A stretch of DNA of 64,000 nt from an uncultured Planctomycetales bacterium (GTDB taxonomy: Bacteria; Omnitrophota; Gorgyraeia; Zapsychrales; Zapsychraceae), in contig CAZHWM010000020.1 in NCBI GenBank assembly GCA_964535935.1, positions 65,210 to 129,209 on the forward strand, read 5' to 3'. Below are positions 29,701-38,729 of this stretch, in pieces. The notes below the pieces were generated by a model. The model searched no databases. It was given only the letters and a program-made list of their open reading frames with translations, and was not told where the DNA came from. Numbering within the stretch: position 1 is the stretch's first letter; each line of letters begins with the position of its first letter. Made by a program: the position numbers and the translations under genes.

Positions 29701-29922
29701 TTATTTGTGTATAACAATCACCTTCTTTCTACTATGTTGCCCTATAGCAATTTCTACTTCGGATTTACGGACACAAAAAAATTCTGCTAACATGCTAATA
29801 ACTGCCTTATTAGCCTTTCCATCAATCGCAGGTGCATTAACATAAACCTTATACCTACCAGATCCCTCTTCCTTTACCATATTTTTCTTTGCTTTAGGAA
29901 TTACCTTTATCTCTACCTTCAT
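29701..29922 (-). CDS. DUF167 (YggU) family protein
   Basis: 73 aa. VIPKAKKN...VYVNAPAIDGKANKAVISMLAEFF matches the YggU pattern. Confidence 0.8.
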   Translation of the reverse strand: MKVEIKVIPKAKKNMVKEEGSGRYKVYVNAPAIDGKANKAVISMLAEFFCVRKSEVEIAIGQHSRKKVIVIHK

Positions 29923-29950
29923 CTGATAAAAAAATTAAATACCTATCATA

Positions 29951-30709
29951 TTATAATATAGCCATATCAGAATAATGTTCTCTCAACCACTTTCTATTTT
30001 CTTTATATTTGGGTAAAATTTCTCCCACCTTATGCCAAAAATTTTTGGAATGATTAGGAAATATCAAATGGCATATCTCATGCACAACAACATAATCAAT
30101 AACTTCTATGGGAGCTAATATTATCTGCCAATTTAATCTTATAATTTTAGCAGCATAATCACAATTTCCCCATAACCTCTTTTGGGTCTTTACTGCTATA
30201 TTAGAAGGTTCTACCCCTACAACTCGTGAATAATAAAATACCCGTCCAGGAAGCATCTCTTTAGCCTGTCTCTTATACCATTCAATCAACTTTTTCTTTA
30301 TAATATTTTCAGGGCTCTTACGCAAAGTATCTACTAAAGGCAACTTTATCTTCCATGATGCGCCATCAAAATCAATCCTTACTCGCCTAACTTTTTCATC
30401 TGTCTCTATTATTAAAGGATATTTATTTCCTAAAAATAAAAACATCGATCCAGTATCGAATCTTCTTTCTTCTAAAATAGATCGATTTCTTTTTACTTGC
30501 GCTATCTTTTTCACTATCCATAAAGATTTCTCACGAATAAAATCAAATATCATATCCCGTCTAACAAAAAATGGGGCAAAAACACTTACATCTGCATTCT
30601 CATTAACATAAATTGCTACCGTCCTCCTTCTATAAGAACGCACTAATCTAAAAGATAACTTCCCGTATTCTGTATTAATACTCTCTAAAATCTTTAAATC
30701 TTGATTCAC
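29951..30709 (-). CDS. YgjP-like (DUF45/M48-type) zinc metallohydrolase
   Basis: WGNC...IRLNWQI...VVHEICHLIFPNHSKNFW (HExxH) near the C-terminus. Confidence 0.8.
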   Translation of the reverse strand: MNQDLKILESINTEYGKLSFRLVRSYRRRTVAIYVNENADVSVFAPFFVRRDMIFDFIREKSLWIVKKIAQVKRNRSILEERRFDTGSMFLFLGNKYPLIIETDEKVRRVRIDFDGASWKIKLPLVDTLRKSPENIIKKKLIEWYKRQAKEMLPGRVFYYSRVVGVEPSNIAVKTQKRLWGNCDYAAKIIRLNWQIILAPIEVIDYVVVHEICHLIFPNHSKNFWHKVGEILPKYKENRKWLREHYSDMAIL

Positions 30710-30793
30710 AGAGGCTCCTTCATATATTCAACATTCAATACTTCATCATCAATCCATATATTAACGAGAATATTACTGCCCACTTTTAAAAAC

Positions 30794-30835
30794 AGGGTAA
30801 AACTTTTATCTTATTCAAAGATAAAGCCTTACCCT
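30794..30835 (-). terminator. Rho-independent terminator-like hairpin after the giant-protein/PilZ gene pair
   Basis: agggtaa...ttaccct basal 7-bp stem with an inner 8-bp stem (ctttatctt region). On the minus strand it is followed by gtttttaaaag. About 65 nt downstream of the stop at 30902. Confidence 0.5.
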
Positions 30836-30901
30836 ATTTTATGATCTAACAAATATTTTTATAATAAACTCATAAAAAATAATAGTAAAAACACCCCATG
30901 C

Positions 30902-32080
30902 TCATTCAACAAACATTACATTGACAGCTACATTTCTCTTAACACGCTCTCCTTTAGGCAAAGAGCCAGAGCCAGACATATATTTCTTCTCATCGACTAT
31001 AACTACCTTTCCATCCTTTAAAAAATATCCCTTATTGCCAAACATCATCCTTATCCTATCTTTTTCCTTGCTAGCTGCTATCCTAACAGCGAGAGCATCT
31101 TTTGTGAACTGTTTTATTTGCCTCTTTACTAATCTTAGCCTTTCTCTATAAAAGGCCACCAATGTCTTCGCCTCTGTTATATTATTAACCTTTCCTTCAT
31201 AGTAGTCCAATTTCTTTTTTAATAGCGATAATTCCTTTACAAGTGTTTCATTTTTATTTTTAAGCTCAGCAATAGAATTCTGCAATCGTTTCTCCGCTTC
31301 AGTAATGGCATTAGGCCTAGAAATATTATTAGCTACCAATACTTCTTTTTCCTTTTTAACCTTTGCAAGCATCTGTTCTGTTTCTTTCAATATTGCCTTT
31401 GTCGCTTCCAATTCCTTCCCCATATTAAACAATAAACTTCTCTCTTCTTCATAAGAATGTTTTGCCTTGGCTAATTCTAATTTTATAGCCGAAAGTTCTG
31501 AAATAGAATCCGCTAACTTTTGTTGACTTTGTTTATATAAACTTGCATACCTATTTACTATATGTGACTGCATTGCCATTGCGGTTATCATCTCTCTATT
31601 TGCCTTATACATATTCTCATAAGCTGTGTAAGCTAACCATACAACATGTCCTGCCAATACAATAGCTACAACAATAAAAAAAATACTTAACATCCCTGTT
31701 ATCTGTCTTTTCTTTATAAGTTTTATAAGCTTCTTCTGTATTCGTTCTCCCAACCGCAATAATACATCATTACTACATTCCATAAATTTTACACCACATC
31801 TCCATCTATTTCCCGACATATTAAGTTGCTTACGCCAAACAACACGTCCCTTCTTAGGAACAACAAAATCCACATCAGGAGATTCAAAAAATAGTTCACT
31901 GCCTTCGTTAACAATGTCTCCTGACTCTCCTTCTAAAAGCATGCCAGATATACTAATATTACGGACTATACCTTGCCTCTTTTCTCTTTCATCCTGACTA
32001 TACCACAATATCCTACTATTCTCATCAACTCTCAAATGAGCTCTCGCATCCATAAAATTAGGATTTATTCTATTCCCCAT
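30902..32080 (-). CDS. PilZ domain - TM - coiled-coil protein
   Basis: N-terminal PilZ signatures RAHLR and NISISG. TM (ITGMLSIFFIVVAIVLAGHVVWLAY). About 180 aa of heptad-like coiled coil. Starts 18 nt after the stop of the giant ORF. Confidence 0.65.
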   Translation of the reverse strand: MGNRINPNFMDARAHLRVDENSRILWYSQDEREKRQGIVRNISISGMLLEGESGDIVNEGSELFFESPDVDFVVPKKGRVVWRKQLNMSGNRWRCGVKFMECSNDVLLRLGERIQKKLIKLIKKRQITGMLSIFFIVVAIVLAGHVVWLAYTAYENMYKANREMITAMAMQSHIVNRYASLYKQSQQKLADSISELSAIKLELAKAKHSYEEERSLLFNMGKELEATKAILKETEQMLAKVKKEKEVLVANNISRPNAITEAEKRLQNSIAELKNKNETLVKELSLLKKKLDYYEGKVNNITEAKTLVAFYRERLRLVKRQIKQFTKDALAVRIAASKEKDRIRMMFGNKGYFLKDGKVVIVDEKKYMSGSGSLPKGERVKRNVAVNVMFVE

Positions 32081-32098
32081 ATCAATAAATCCCCCTTT

Positions 32099-35000
32099 TT
32101 ATAACCCCAACTCAATTGCATCAAGTGCCTCAGCTATAATCTCTCCCCTACTCTTACCATGTCCTTCAACATTCGAAACAACACCCTTCTTCTTCCCTAT
32201 GACATCGCTCACTTTTGTCTCTTTCCCACCCTCTGAAGAAAAATTTATGCCTATCTTCTTCTCCTCATCCGAAACAAAATTTCCCAGTTCGTTAGAGTCT
32301 GACTCAAACATCTTTTTACCAAAGGCCTGTTCTTTATCTAATATTCTATCTATTTTATAGAGGTAAACTCGAACCTTTTTATATTTAGGCCTCATTTGTT
32401 CTATATCATTAAATATCCTCTGCGACTCTTTATATAGTCCCTTTTTATACAACTCGATTGCCCTATTATATAAATCACTAAGACTTCTCTCAAATTCAAG
32501 GAGTATCTTGTGTCGCTCTAACTGTAACTTCCGTTTCTTAACCTCTATAGTCTTTTTTTTATGATTCAAACCTTCTGCTTTTTTTGAAATATTAATACTT
32601 TTTTTCTTTTGTTTCTCAACAATCGGACTTTTTCCTGCGGTTAAAATTTTCTTCTTACTATTATCAGTACAAAACCTCTGCCTCTTTAGTCTATTTTTCT
32701 CTCGTTTTTTCTTCAAAAGTCTCTGATGCTCTCTTTCTTTCTCTTTCTCAATCCGAATACGTGCAAGCTCCTTCTCCCTCTTTAATCTCTCTTCTTCCTC
32801 GTGTATCTTTCTCTCAAGTCGCTCTATCTCTGTTCGCCTTCTCTCTTCAATTCGCTTCTGTGCCTCTGCTAACCTTCTATCTCTCCGCTGAACAATTTGC
32901 TCCTTTTTTTGCCGTTGCTTATCAAATAGCTTCTTAATCCTTCCCTTGTCAATATTTATCCTCTTTTTCATAATAGAAACATATTCCTTAGAAAGTCCGG
33001 AGGAAACCAATAATTCTTCACATTCATCAAATTTTGATATAGCTAAACTATACTTACCACTATCCCTTAAATCCAATGCCTCTCTATACATCTTATCTAT
33101 CCTTAATTTAATTCGTTCCATCTCTTGCCTTTCTCTCCGCTGCTTCTCTCTCTGTTTCAAGATAAAAATTCTTTTTTCTGTGAGTCTAATACGTCTGAAC
33201 AATCTATCTATACGGCATCTTGCCTTCTTAACATATGAAATAGGAAGCCCTTTTTTATTACTCACAAACTCTCTATACAATGTCAACTTAGACCTAGCCA
33301 AATCTGTCCTCTGTTCTTTACATAATCTTACTGCTTCCTTATACATTTTGTCTGCCTGACGAATTAATAACATACGGTACTTCTTTTTATCCAATTCTGG
33401 TTTAACCTTACATGAACGTAAATTAGGTTTCCTATTTTTCATATTCTTATTACGTTCTTCATCTTTACCTATCTTTTTACAACTTATCTTTTGTATAAAA
33501 TGTCCTTCTTTTTTCTTATTATTTAGATACTCTTTACTTTTTTTCTTATTACTTCTTAAATTTTTTTTACTTTTTGCCTCTCTATCTATACTAACAATTT
33601 TCGATTTGTTTTCCTCTACCTCTAAAACTTTTTGATTATTTCCTTTTATCTTCTCATCTAGTTGTATCTGAAGATTGCAATTCTCTATATAAGCCTTAGC
33701 AGATCTATATCCAGGCCACATTAACTCCACAGAAGAAAACTTTGCTTTCGCTTTTACATACTCACCTAATCCATAAAGTCGTAAGGCATCTTTATACAAA
33801 GCAGCCACTGTAGATGCCAGCCGCCTTTTCTCCTCTTTATCTTTAAAAAATAGTAACCTCTTTATCTTCTTCTGCTGATAGGTCAATTCCTTCCTTTGTA
33901 ATAGTTGCTTTCTAGTATATTTCAAATGTCTCTTAGCTAGTCTATTTTTTCTCTTAAACTTTCTTTCTCCTGAAGAAATCTTTGACTTTCTATTCTCTCT
34001 TTCCTTCAACCGATTCAATCGTTCTTCTTTCCTTTTTTTAGCTATCTCTTCTTTCCTTTTTCTCTTTAATTCACGAAGTTCCTTTCTCCTCAGCAGTCTT
34101 TGCCTGCGTTCTTCTCTTCTTTTAGCTAACTTCTCTTCTCTTTTCTTACGTCTTAATTCCTCCCTTTCTCTCTTTTCTTTTAATGCCTTTTCCCTTTGTT
34201 CACGTCTACGATCCTCTATCTCCTTCTTTAACCTCCTACTAATTTCCTTTCTTACTTTCTTTTTAAAAATCTCTCCCTTTTGTGTTAATTTAACCTGCTT
34301 TTGTCCTAAAACATTTACTTTAAAGTTATCTTGTTTGTTTTGTAACTTTTCCTTTTCCCGATTTTTCTCTCTTTTCCTTGCCAGAATCCTTTCCCTTTTT
34401 TCTTCCTTCATTTGTCTCTGAAAATCTCGTTCCATACGCCGTTCCATTTTATCCATCTCTCTCTCTGCCTTATCAAAACTCGCTTGCTTCTTCAACAGCA
34501 TCTTTCTAAATGCCTTCTGTAGCTCCTTCTCCTGCATCTGCCTACGCCTCTCCTGTGCCTTTATCTCAAATACCCTGCGCCTACTCTCTGCCCTAAGTTT
34601 TAATTCCTCTTTTTCTTCTTTAGAAAGGATTTCATCTCCTTTCTTTTCCCATGCATATAAAATCTTTTTCTGCTTATAAACTTCTTCCTTATACCTTTTC
34701 TTCTTCAGATGTTTTAACCTTCCCGCAATCTTTCTTTCTATCCTCTTTAAATATCTTTTAGTAAACCTATATCCCGGACATAAACTCTCCACCTCTTTAA
34801 AAAGCTCACGTGCAGCACTAAATTTCTTTTTTCTATATAATACTACTGCCTTATGATAAATCTTTGATATTTTATCCTTCTTGTTTTTATTTTCTTTAAT
34901 AACATTCTTTTCTTTGCTATTATTAGAAGCACCTCTAACTAATTCTTTTTGAATAACAACCCTATTCTGTCTATTAGAAACTACTCTTTTTGTCTGTTCA

Positions 35001-36907
35001 CGTTCTTTCTTCTTTCGAATATCCTCGTCTATATGGCTAAGATATTTTAATGTATCCTTATATCCAGGATAATATGCTTCTAACTCCAAAAATTTTATTT
35101 TAGCCTCTTTAAATCGTTCCAATTTATATAATCGTAGCGCTGCTTCATACTTCTGTCTTGCCTCCCTTCTCATCCTTCTACGTCGACGCTCTATTGCCTT
35201 ACGCACAACAAATTCTTCATCTTTACTAATTATCGGTTTCCCACCCTTAGCCAGCTTACTACCAATACTACCCTGTTTTTTCTTTACATCTACGGATGAC
35301 TCTCCATTAGCTAACTTATTCTCCACCTCCTTAGCAGATGACAATATACTATCAATTTTTTCAAGATATCTTGATGTAAGTTTATAATTAGGAAACATCC
35401 GTTCTACCTGCAGAAAAATATCTTTTGATTTTTTATATTTTTTATTTTTATAAAACAAAACCGCTTGCCTATAAAAATTTCTTGCCTTAGCTTTAAGCTC
35501 ATGCTCCCTTTGGATCTTTAATAATCTTTCTTCTTTTTTCCGCCTTGCCTCTTTACGTTTCTTGGCAAGTTTCTCTCTTCGCAATTGCTTTAACCACTCC
35601 TTTTGTTGAGATAAAATACGTCTCTGCTCTTGTTTCCGTTTAAACTCTTCTCTCTCCCGCGCCAACTTTTCTTCACGAGCCTTACGCCTTGCCTCTAACC
35701 GTGCCTGTCGTTCTTTTTCTCTCTTTTTAGCCTCTTCTCTCTTTCGTGCCAACCTTTCCTGTTTAATTTGTTCTAATTTCTCTTGTTCAAAGGCTAGCTG
35801 TTCTTCATATTTTTTTCTCTTCTGCTCAAGGAGAGCTAATCGTTCTTGCCGCCTTTGTTCAATCCTCTTCTTCCTTCGCGCCAACCTCTCTTGTTTTATT
35901 TTATGTAATAATCGTATCTTTCTTTCTCGTTCTGCCTTTCTTATATCATGTTTTATACACCGCAAATAATATCTTGTCAGTTTATATCCCGGGGACAGCT
36001 GATCAATCTCAAAAAATGCCTCTTTAGCCTTCGCATATTCCCCTTTCTTATACAAAGCCACTGCATCTTTATAAAATAGTTCTATCTCCTCATCAGATAT
36101 ACCTACTTCAGCAGTATCAATTTCAGGAATGTCTGAATATACCTTATCCTTATAAATATCATCCAAAAAAGAGGGTGTATAAGTATGCCCATCATAATAA
36201 TTCCCCCTATCACAAATTTTATCTCTTACCATTCTACTCCCACCAGCCGAAGTTGAATGAAGGATAGCTTCTTCATTATTATTTATAAGCATAAGATACC
36301 CTCGAGTGGCTTTATAGTCTGGTAAGATGGCCTCTAAATATTCAAATCTCTTACGCGCTTCTTCATATTTTCCCTGTTTATAAAGAAGTATTGCTTTTTG
36401 ATAAGTTCCTTCTATATCTGCTGAATCAGAAGAAAGTTCCAGTTTAAGCTCATTTAATATTCTCTTCTTTTTTTTCTCCAAATCTGACTTTTGCTGCTTC
36501 ATACGCTCAATGCTTGCCTTCATGTAATCCTTAATCTCTTGACACCTCGAAAGTTTAAGTGCCATATCCCATAAGGCATCTGCCTCCCCATACTTACCTT
36601 CCACAAAGAATCGCATCCCTTTTTCATAATATTCCCATGGTCGTTCTCCCTTAGGAAGATATCTATCCTCTTGAACAGAGGCCTTTGCATCTGCACTTAA
36701 ACCATCTATCTCTTTCATAAAACGATTAAAGGCCTCTTCTGAATAAATATCTTCCTCTTCTCCCTTAGAGACAAGAGAATCCGCATTATTTGCACTAAAA
36801 GAATAAGGGACATATAAAACACAGAAAATACACATATAGATAAAAAGACAGAAGAATAAAAAATTATTATTTTTTTTATTTTGAATATCCATATGGAAGG
36901 ATTCCAA
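32099..36907 (-). CDS. Giant (1602 aa) E/R/K-rich protein with N-terminal signal-like segment and ten TPR-like modules
   Basis: Uninterrupted ORF (TTG 36907; ATG 36892 gives MDIQNKKNNNFLFFCLFIYMCIFCVLYVPYSFSA). Repeated module xYxxAxxLYKxGxYxxAKxxFxxxExxxPGYKxTxxYLxxI, separated by highly charged helical spacers. Confidence 0.7.
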   Translation of the reverse strand: MESFHMDIQNKKNNNFLFFCLFIYMCIFCVLYVPYSFSANNADSLVSKGEEEDIYSEEAFNRFMKEIDGLSADAKASVQEDRYLPKGERPWEYYEKGMRFFVEGKYGEADALWDMALKLSRCQEIKDYMKASIERMKQQKSDLEKKKKRILNELKLELSSDSADIEGTYQKAILLYKQGKYEEARKRFEYLEAILPDYKATRGYLMLINNNEEAILHSTSAGGSRMVRDKICDRGNYYDGHTYTPSFLDDIYKDKVYSDIPEIDTAEVGISDEEIELFYKDAVALYKKGEYAKAKEAFFEIDQLSPGYKLTRYYLRCIKHDIRKAERERKIRLLHKIKQERLARRKKRIEQRRQERLALLEQKRKKYEEQLAFEQEKLEQIKQERLARKREEAKKREKERQARLEARRKAREEKLAREREEFKRKQEQRRILSQQKEWLKQLRREKLAKKRKEARRKKEERLLKIQREHELKAKARNFYRQAVLFYKNKKYKKSKDIFLQVERMFPNYKLTSRYLEKIDSILSSAKEVENKLANGESSVDVKKKQGSIGSKLAKGGKPIISKDEEFVVRKAIERRRRRMRREARQKYEAALRLYKLERFKEAKIKFLELEAYYPGYKDTLKYLSHIDEDIRKKKEREQTKRVVSNRQNRVVIQKELVRGASNNSKEKNVIKENKNKKDKISKIYHKAVVLYRKKKFSAARELFKEVESLCPGYRFTKRYLKRIERKIAGRLKHLKKKRYKEEVYKQKKILYAWEKKGDEILSKEEKEELKLRAESRRRVFEIKAQERRRQMQEKELQKAFRKMLLKKQASFDKAEREMDKMERRMERDFQRQMKEEKRERILARKREKNREKEKLQNKQDNFKVNVLGQKQVKLTQKGEIFKKKVRKEISRRLKKEIEDRRREQREKALKEKREREELRRKKREEKLAKRREERRQRLLRRKELRELKRKRKEEIAKKRKEERLNRLKERENRKSKISSGERKFKRKNRLAKRHLKYTRKQLLQRKELTYQQKKIKRLLFFKDKEEKRRLASTVAALYKDALRLYGLGEYVKAKAKFSSVELMWPGYRSAKAYIENCNLQIQLDEKIKGNNQKVLEVEENKSKIVSIDREAKSKKNLRSNKKKSKEYLNNKKKEGHFIQKISCKKIGKDEERNKNMKNRKPNLRSCKVKPELDKKKYRMLLIRQADKMYKEAVRLCKEQRTDLARSKLTLYREFVSNKKGLPISYVKKARCRIDRLFRRIRLTEKRIFILKQREKQRRERQEMERIKLRIDKMYREALDLRDSGKYSLAISKFDECEELLVSSGLSKEYVSIMKKRINIDKGRIKKLFDKQRQKKEQIVQRRDRRLAEAQKRIEERRRTEIERLERKIHEEEERLKREKELARIRIEKEKEREHQRLLKKKREKNRLKRQRFCTDNSKKKILTAGKSPIVEKQKKKSINISKKAEGLNHKKKTIEVKKRKLQLERHKILLEFERSLSDLYNRAIELYKKGLYKESQRIFNDIEQMRPKYKKVRVYLYKIDRILDKEQAFGKKMFESDSNELGNFVSDEEKKIGINFSSEGGKETKVSDVIGKKKGVVSNVEGHGKSRGEIIAEALDAIELGL

Positions 36908-37157
36908 TGATAAATATATTTTTATATTAATTATTATTTAATATATATTAAATAAGTAAATATATTTTATCATATTTAAATATATTTCTCTTATTTTTTT
37001 ATATTAATTTTTATATTAAAATTATATTTTTCATGATAATTTTAGAATTTAGAATTAAATTTTATTATATCTTTTATAAAAATAAAAAATTGCTAGGACA
37101 AAAAAGGAGGGAACATTATAAAAAAATTATAATTTATTGTTCAAATTTAAATACTAA
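36908..37157. promoter_or_regulatory. Extreme A/T tract upstream of the giant ORF (probable promoter/UP-like or curved DNA region)
   Basis: By my hand count, 24 G/C in 250 nt and only 10 G/C in 36908-37090. Repeated tttttatattaat and tttagaatttagaatt motifs. Confidence 0.4.
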
Positions 37158-38696
37158 CTAATCTTTCATATCTTTTTCCGAAAATACATCTGCAGTAAAG
37201 ACCTCTAATTTAGTCCTTGGGTCTTTCCATGCATCAGGTGGAAGACCTGCCTTTTGAGAACATAACTCAGATAAAAACTTTTCTTTACTCCACCCTGTCT
37301 CTTTTGCTACCTGAGGCAAGAATACCCCTTGATGAAATAACCCCTGACTTACAATAACTCCGTGAACTCCTAGTTTTATCTCATCTGCACTCTTAACAAC
37401 ATGTGGCTTACTCAACACAGATATCTCAATCTCTATATCATTTAATTCATCCTCTTTTAATGGTGGGAATCTGGGGTCCTGAGAGGCTGCTGCAATTGCC
37501 ATATCTCGTACTGTAAGATAAAGTGGACCACGTCCAATTATATTTCCTATACATCCCCTTAAAATACCATGTTTTGTTATGGTAACAAAGGCACCCTCTT
37601 CCTTGCACAACCTCGAATCTGTTTCCCTAACATTCAAAATCTTACCTGTTTTGACAAACTGTTCAATAGCCTTACGCGCTATATCAATAAGCCGTTTCTT
37701 CTGTTCCTTTGTTAAAGCAGGGACCTCATAAGTATCTTTGTTAACCTTAGAATTATTATCAGTATCATAGATTACAACTGACGAATACCCAACTACTCTT
37801 GAACTATCTCCTGTAACATCTGCTGAAGTAGCGTATTTTAACACCTTAACATTCTCTGGGCCTAATCCTTTAGCACGTGCATAAAGCAATGCTGCTGTAA
37901 CTGGGACATATCCACATAATTCCATCGTTCTTACTTTGTTTTCTTTCCATAAACGTTCCGCATCTAATGCCTTTAATGCCTCTAATGTATGTTTATCTAT
38001 CTTTCTAGCAAATGCATCATTATGAAAATGGGACATATCCGTACTCACCACTATGAGGATATCTTTACGACTACCTATAACCTTCAAAAGGGTATTGGCA
38101 AAATCTTCAACAGTCTTAAAATCTGGCTGTCCCATAATAATAGGAACTATCTTAAAGTCCTTAAATACTCTCTGCAGAAAAGGTAACTCTACTTCTATGG
38201 CATGTTCTTTCTCAAATGCCTTTGGTTCAAAATAAAAATTATCGTTAGCTGATATTATCTTTTCTGCCAATTCACGATCTACATGGATAATACCCAACGG
38301 TGTCTCAAACCCATCATGAAGAGATACCGAAACGCCTGAGAATGGAAGATAATGACTAGGAGCTATAATAATAATAGTAGAATATTTATTCTTACTAGCA
38401 GCCTTAAATCCATATGCAGCCACCCATCCCGAATACATATACCCTGCATGAGGAGATATAATTATATCTATATGGTGATCCAAAGGAGTTAGATCTGCTC
38501 TGTGCAAAAATGCATCTACTTCAGAAGCAAGCTGGCCAGAATTACTAGGATAAAATTGACCCGCTACATTAGGCCGTTTGATATTCTCTTCCGCATAGCT
38601 CATTATATTTATATCTCCAAGTTGAAAAAATACGAATAAAAAAACTATAAATAAAAAAGAAAAGCTTTGCCATTTATATTTTTTCCTATATATCAT
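37158..38696 (-). CDS. Fusion of Memo-like (AmmeMemoRadiSam system protein B) and AMMECR1 (protein A) domains
   Basis: NVAGQFYPSNSGQL, IISPHAGYMYSG and VSTDMSHFH (Memo). GAFVTITKHGILRGCIGN and QDPRFPPL (AMMECR1). Hydrophobic N-terminal 30 aa if translated from ATG 38696. Confidence 0.85.
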   Translation of the reverse strand: MIYRKKYKWQSFSFLFIVFLFVFFQLGDINIMSYAEENIKRPNVAGQFYPSNSGQLASEVDAFLHRADLTPLDHHIDIIISPHAGYMYSGWVAAYGFKAASKNKYSTIIIIAPSHYLPFSGVSVSLHDGFETPLGIIHVDRELAEKIISANDNFYFEPKAFEKEHAIEVELPFLQRVFKDFKIVPIIMGQPDFKTVEDFANTLLKVIGSRKDILIVVSTDMSHFHNDAFARKIDKHTLEALKALDAERLWKENKVRTMELCGYVPVTAALLYARAKGLGPENVKVLKYATSADVTGDSSRVVGYSSVVIYDTDNNSKVNKDTYEVPALTKEQKKRLIDIARKAIEQFVKTGKILNVRETDSRLCKEEGAFVTITKHGILRGCIGNIIGRGPLYLTVRDMAIAAASQDPRFPPLKEDELNDIEIEISVLSKPHVVKSADEIKLGVHGVIVSQGLFHQGVFLPQVAKETGWSKEKFLSELCSQKAGLPPDAWKDPRTKLEVFTADVFSEKDMKD

Positions 38697-38729
38697 TCTA
38701 TAAATAAAAAAATATAAAATTTAATATTA

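Noticed and set aside
37100-37115. Strong SD-like aaggaggg on the plus strand in the A/T tract, suggesting a hidden small plus-strand gene.
   Set aside because: No ATG, GTG or TTG start at suitable spacing, and stop codons occur in all plus-strand frames within a few codons.
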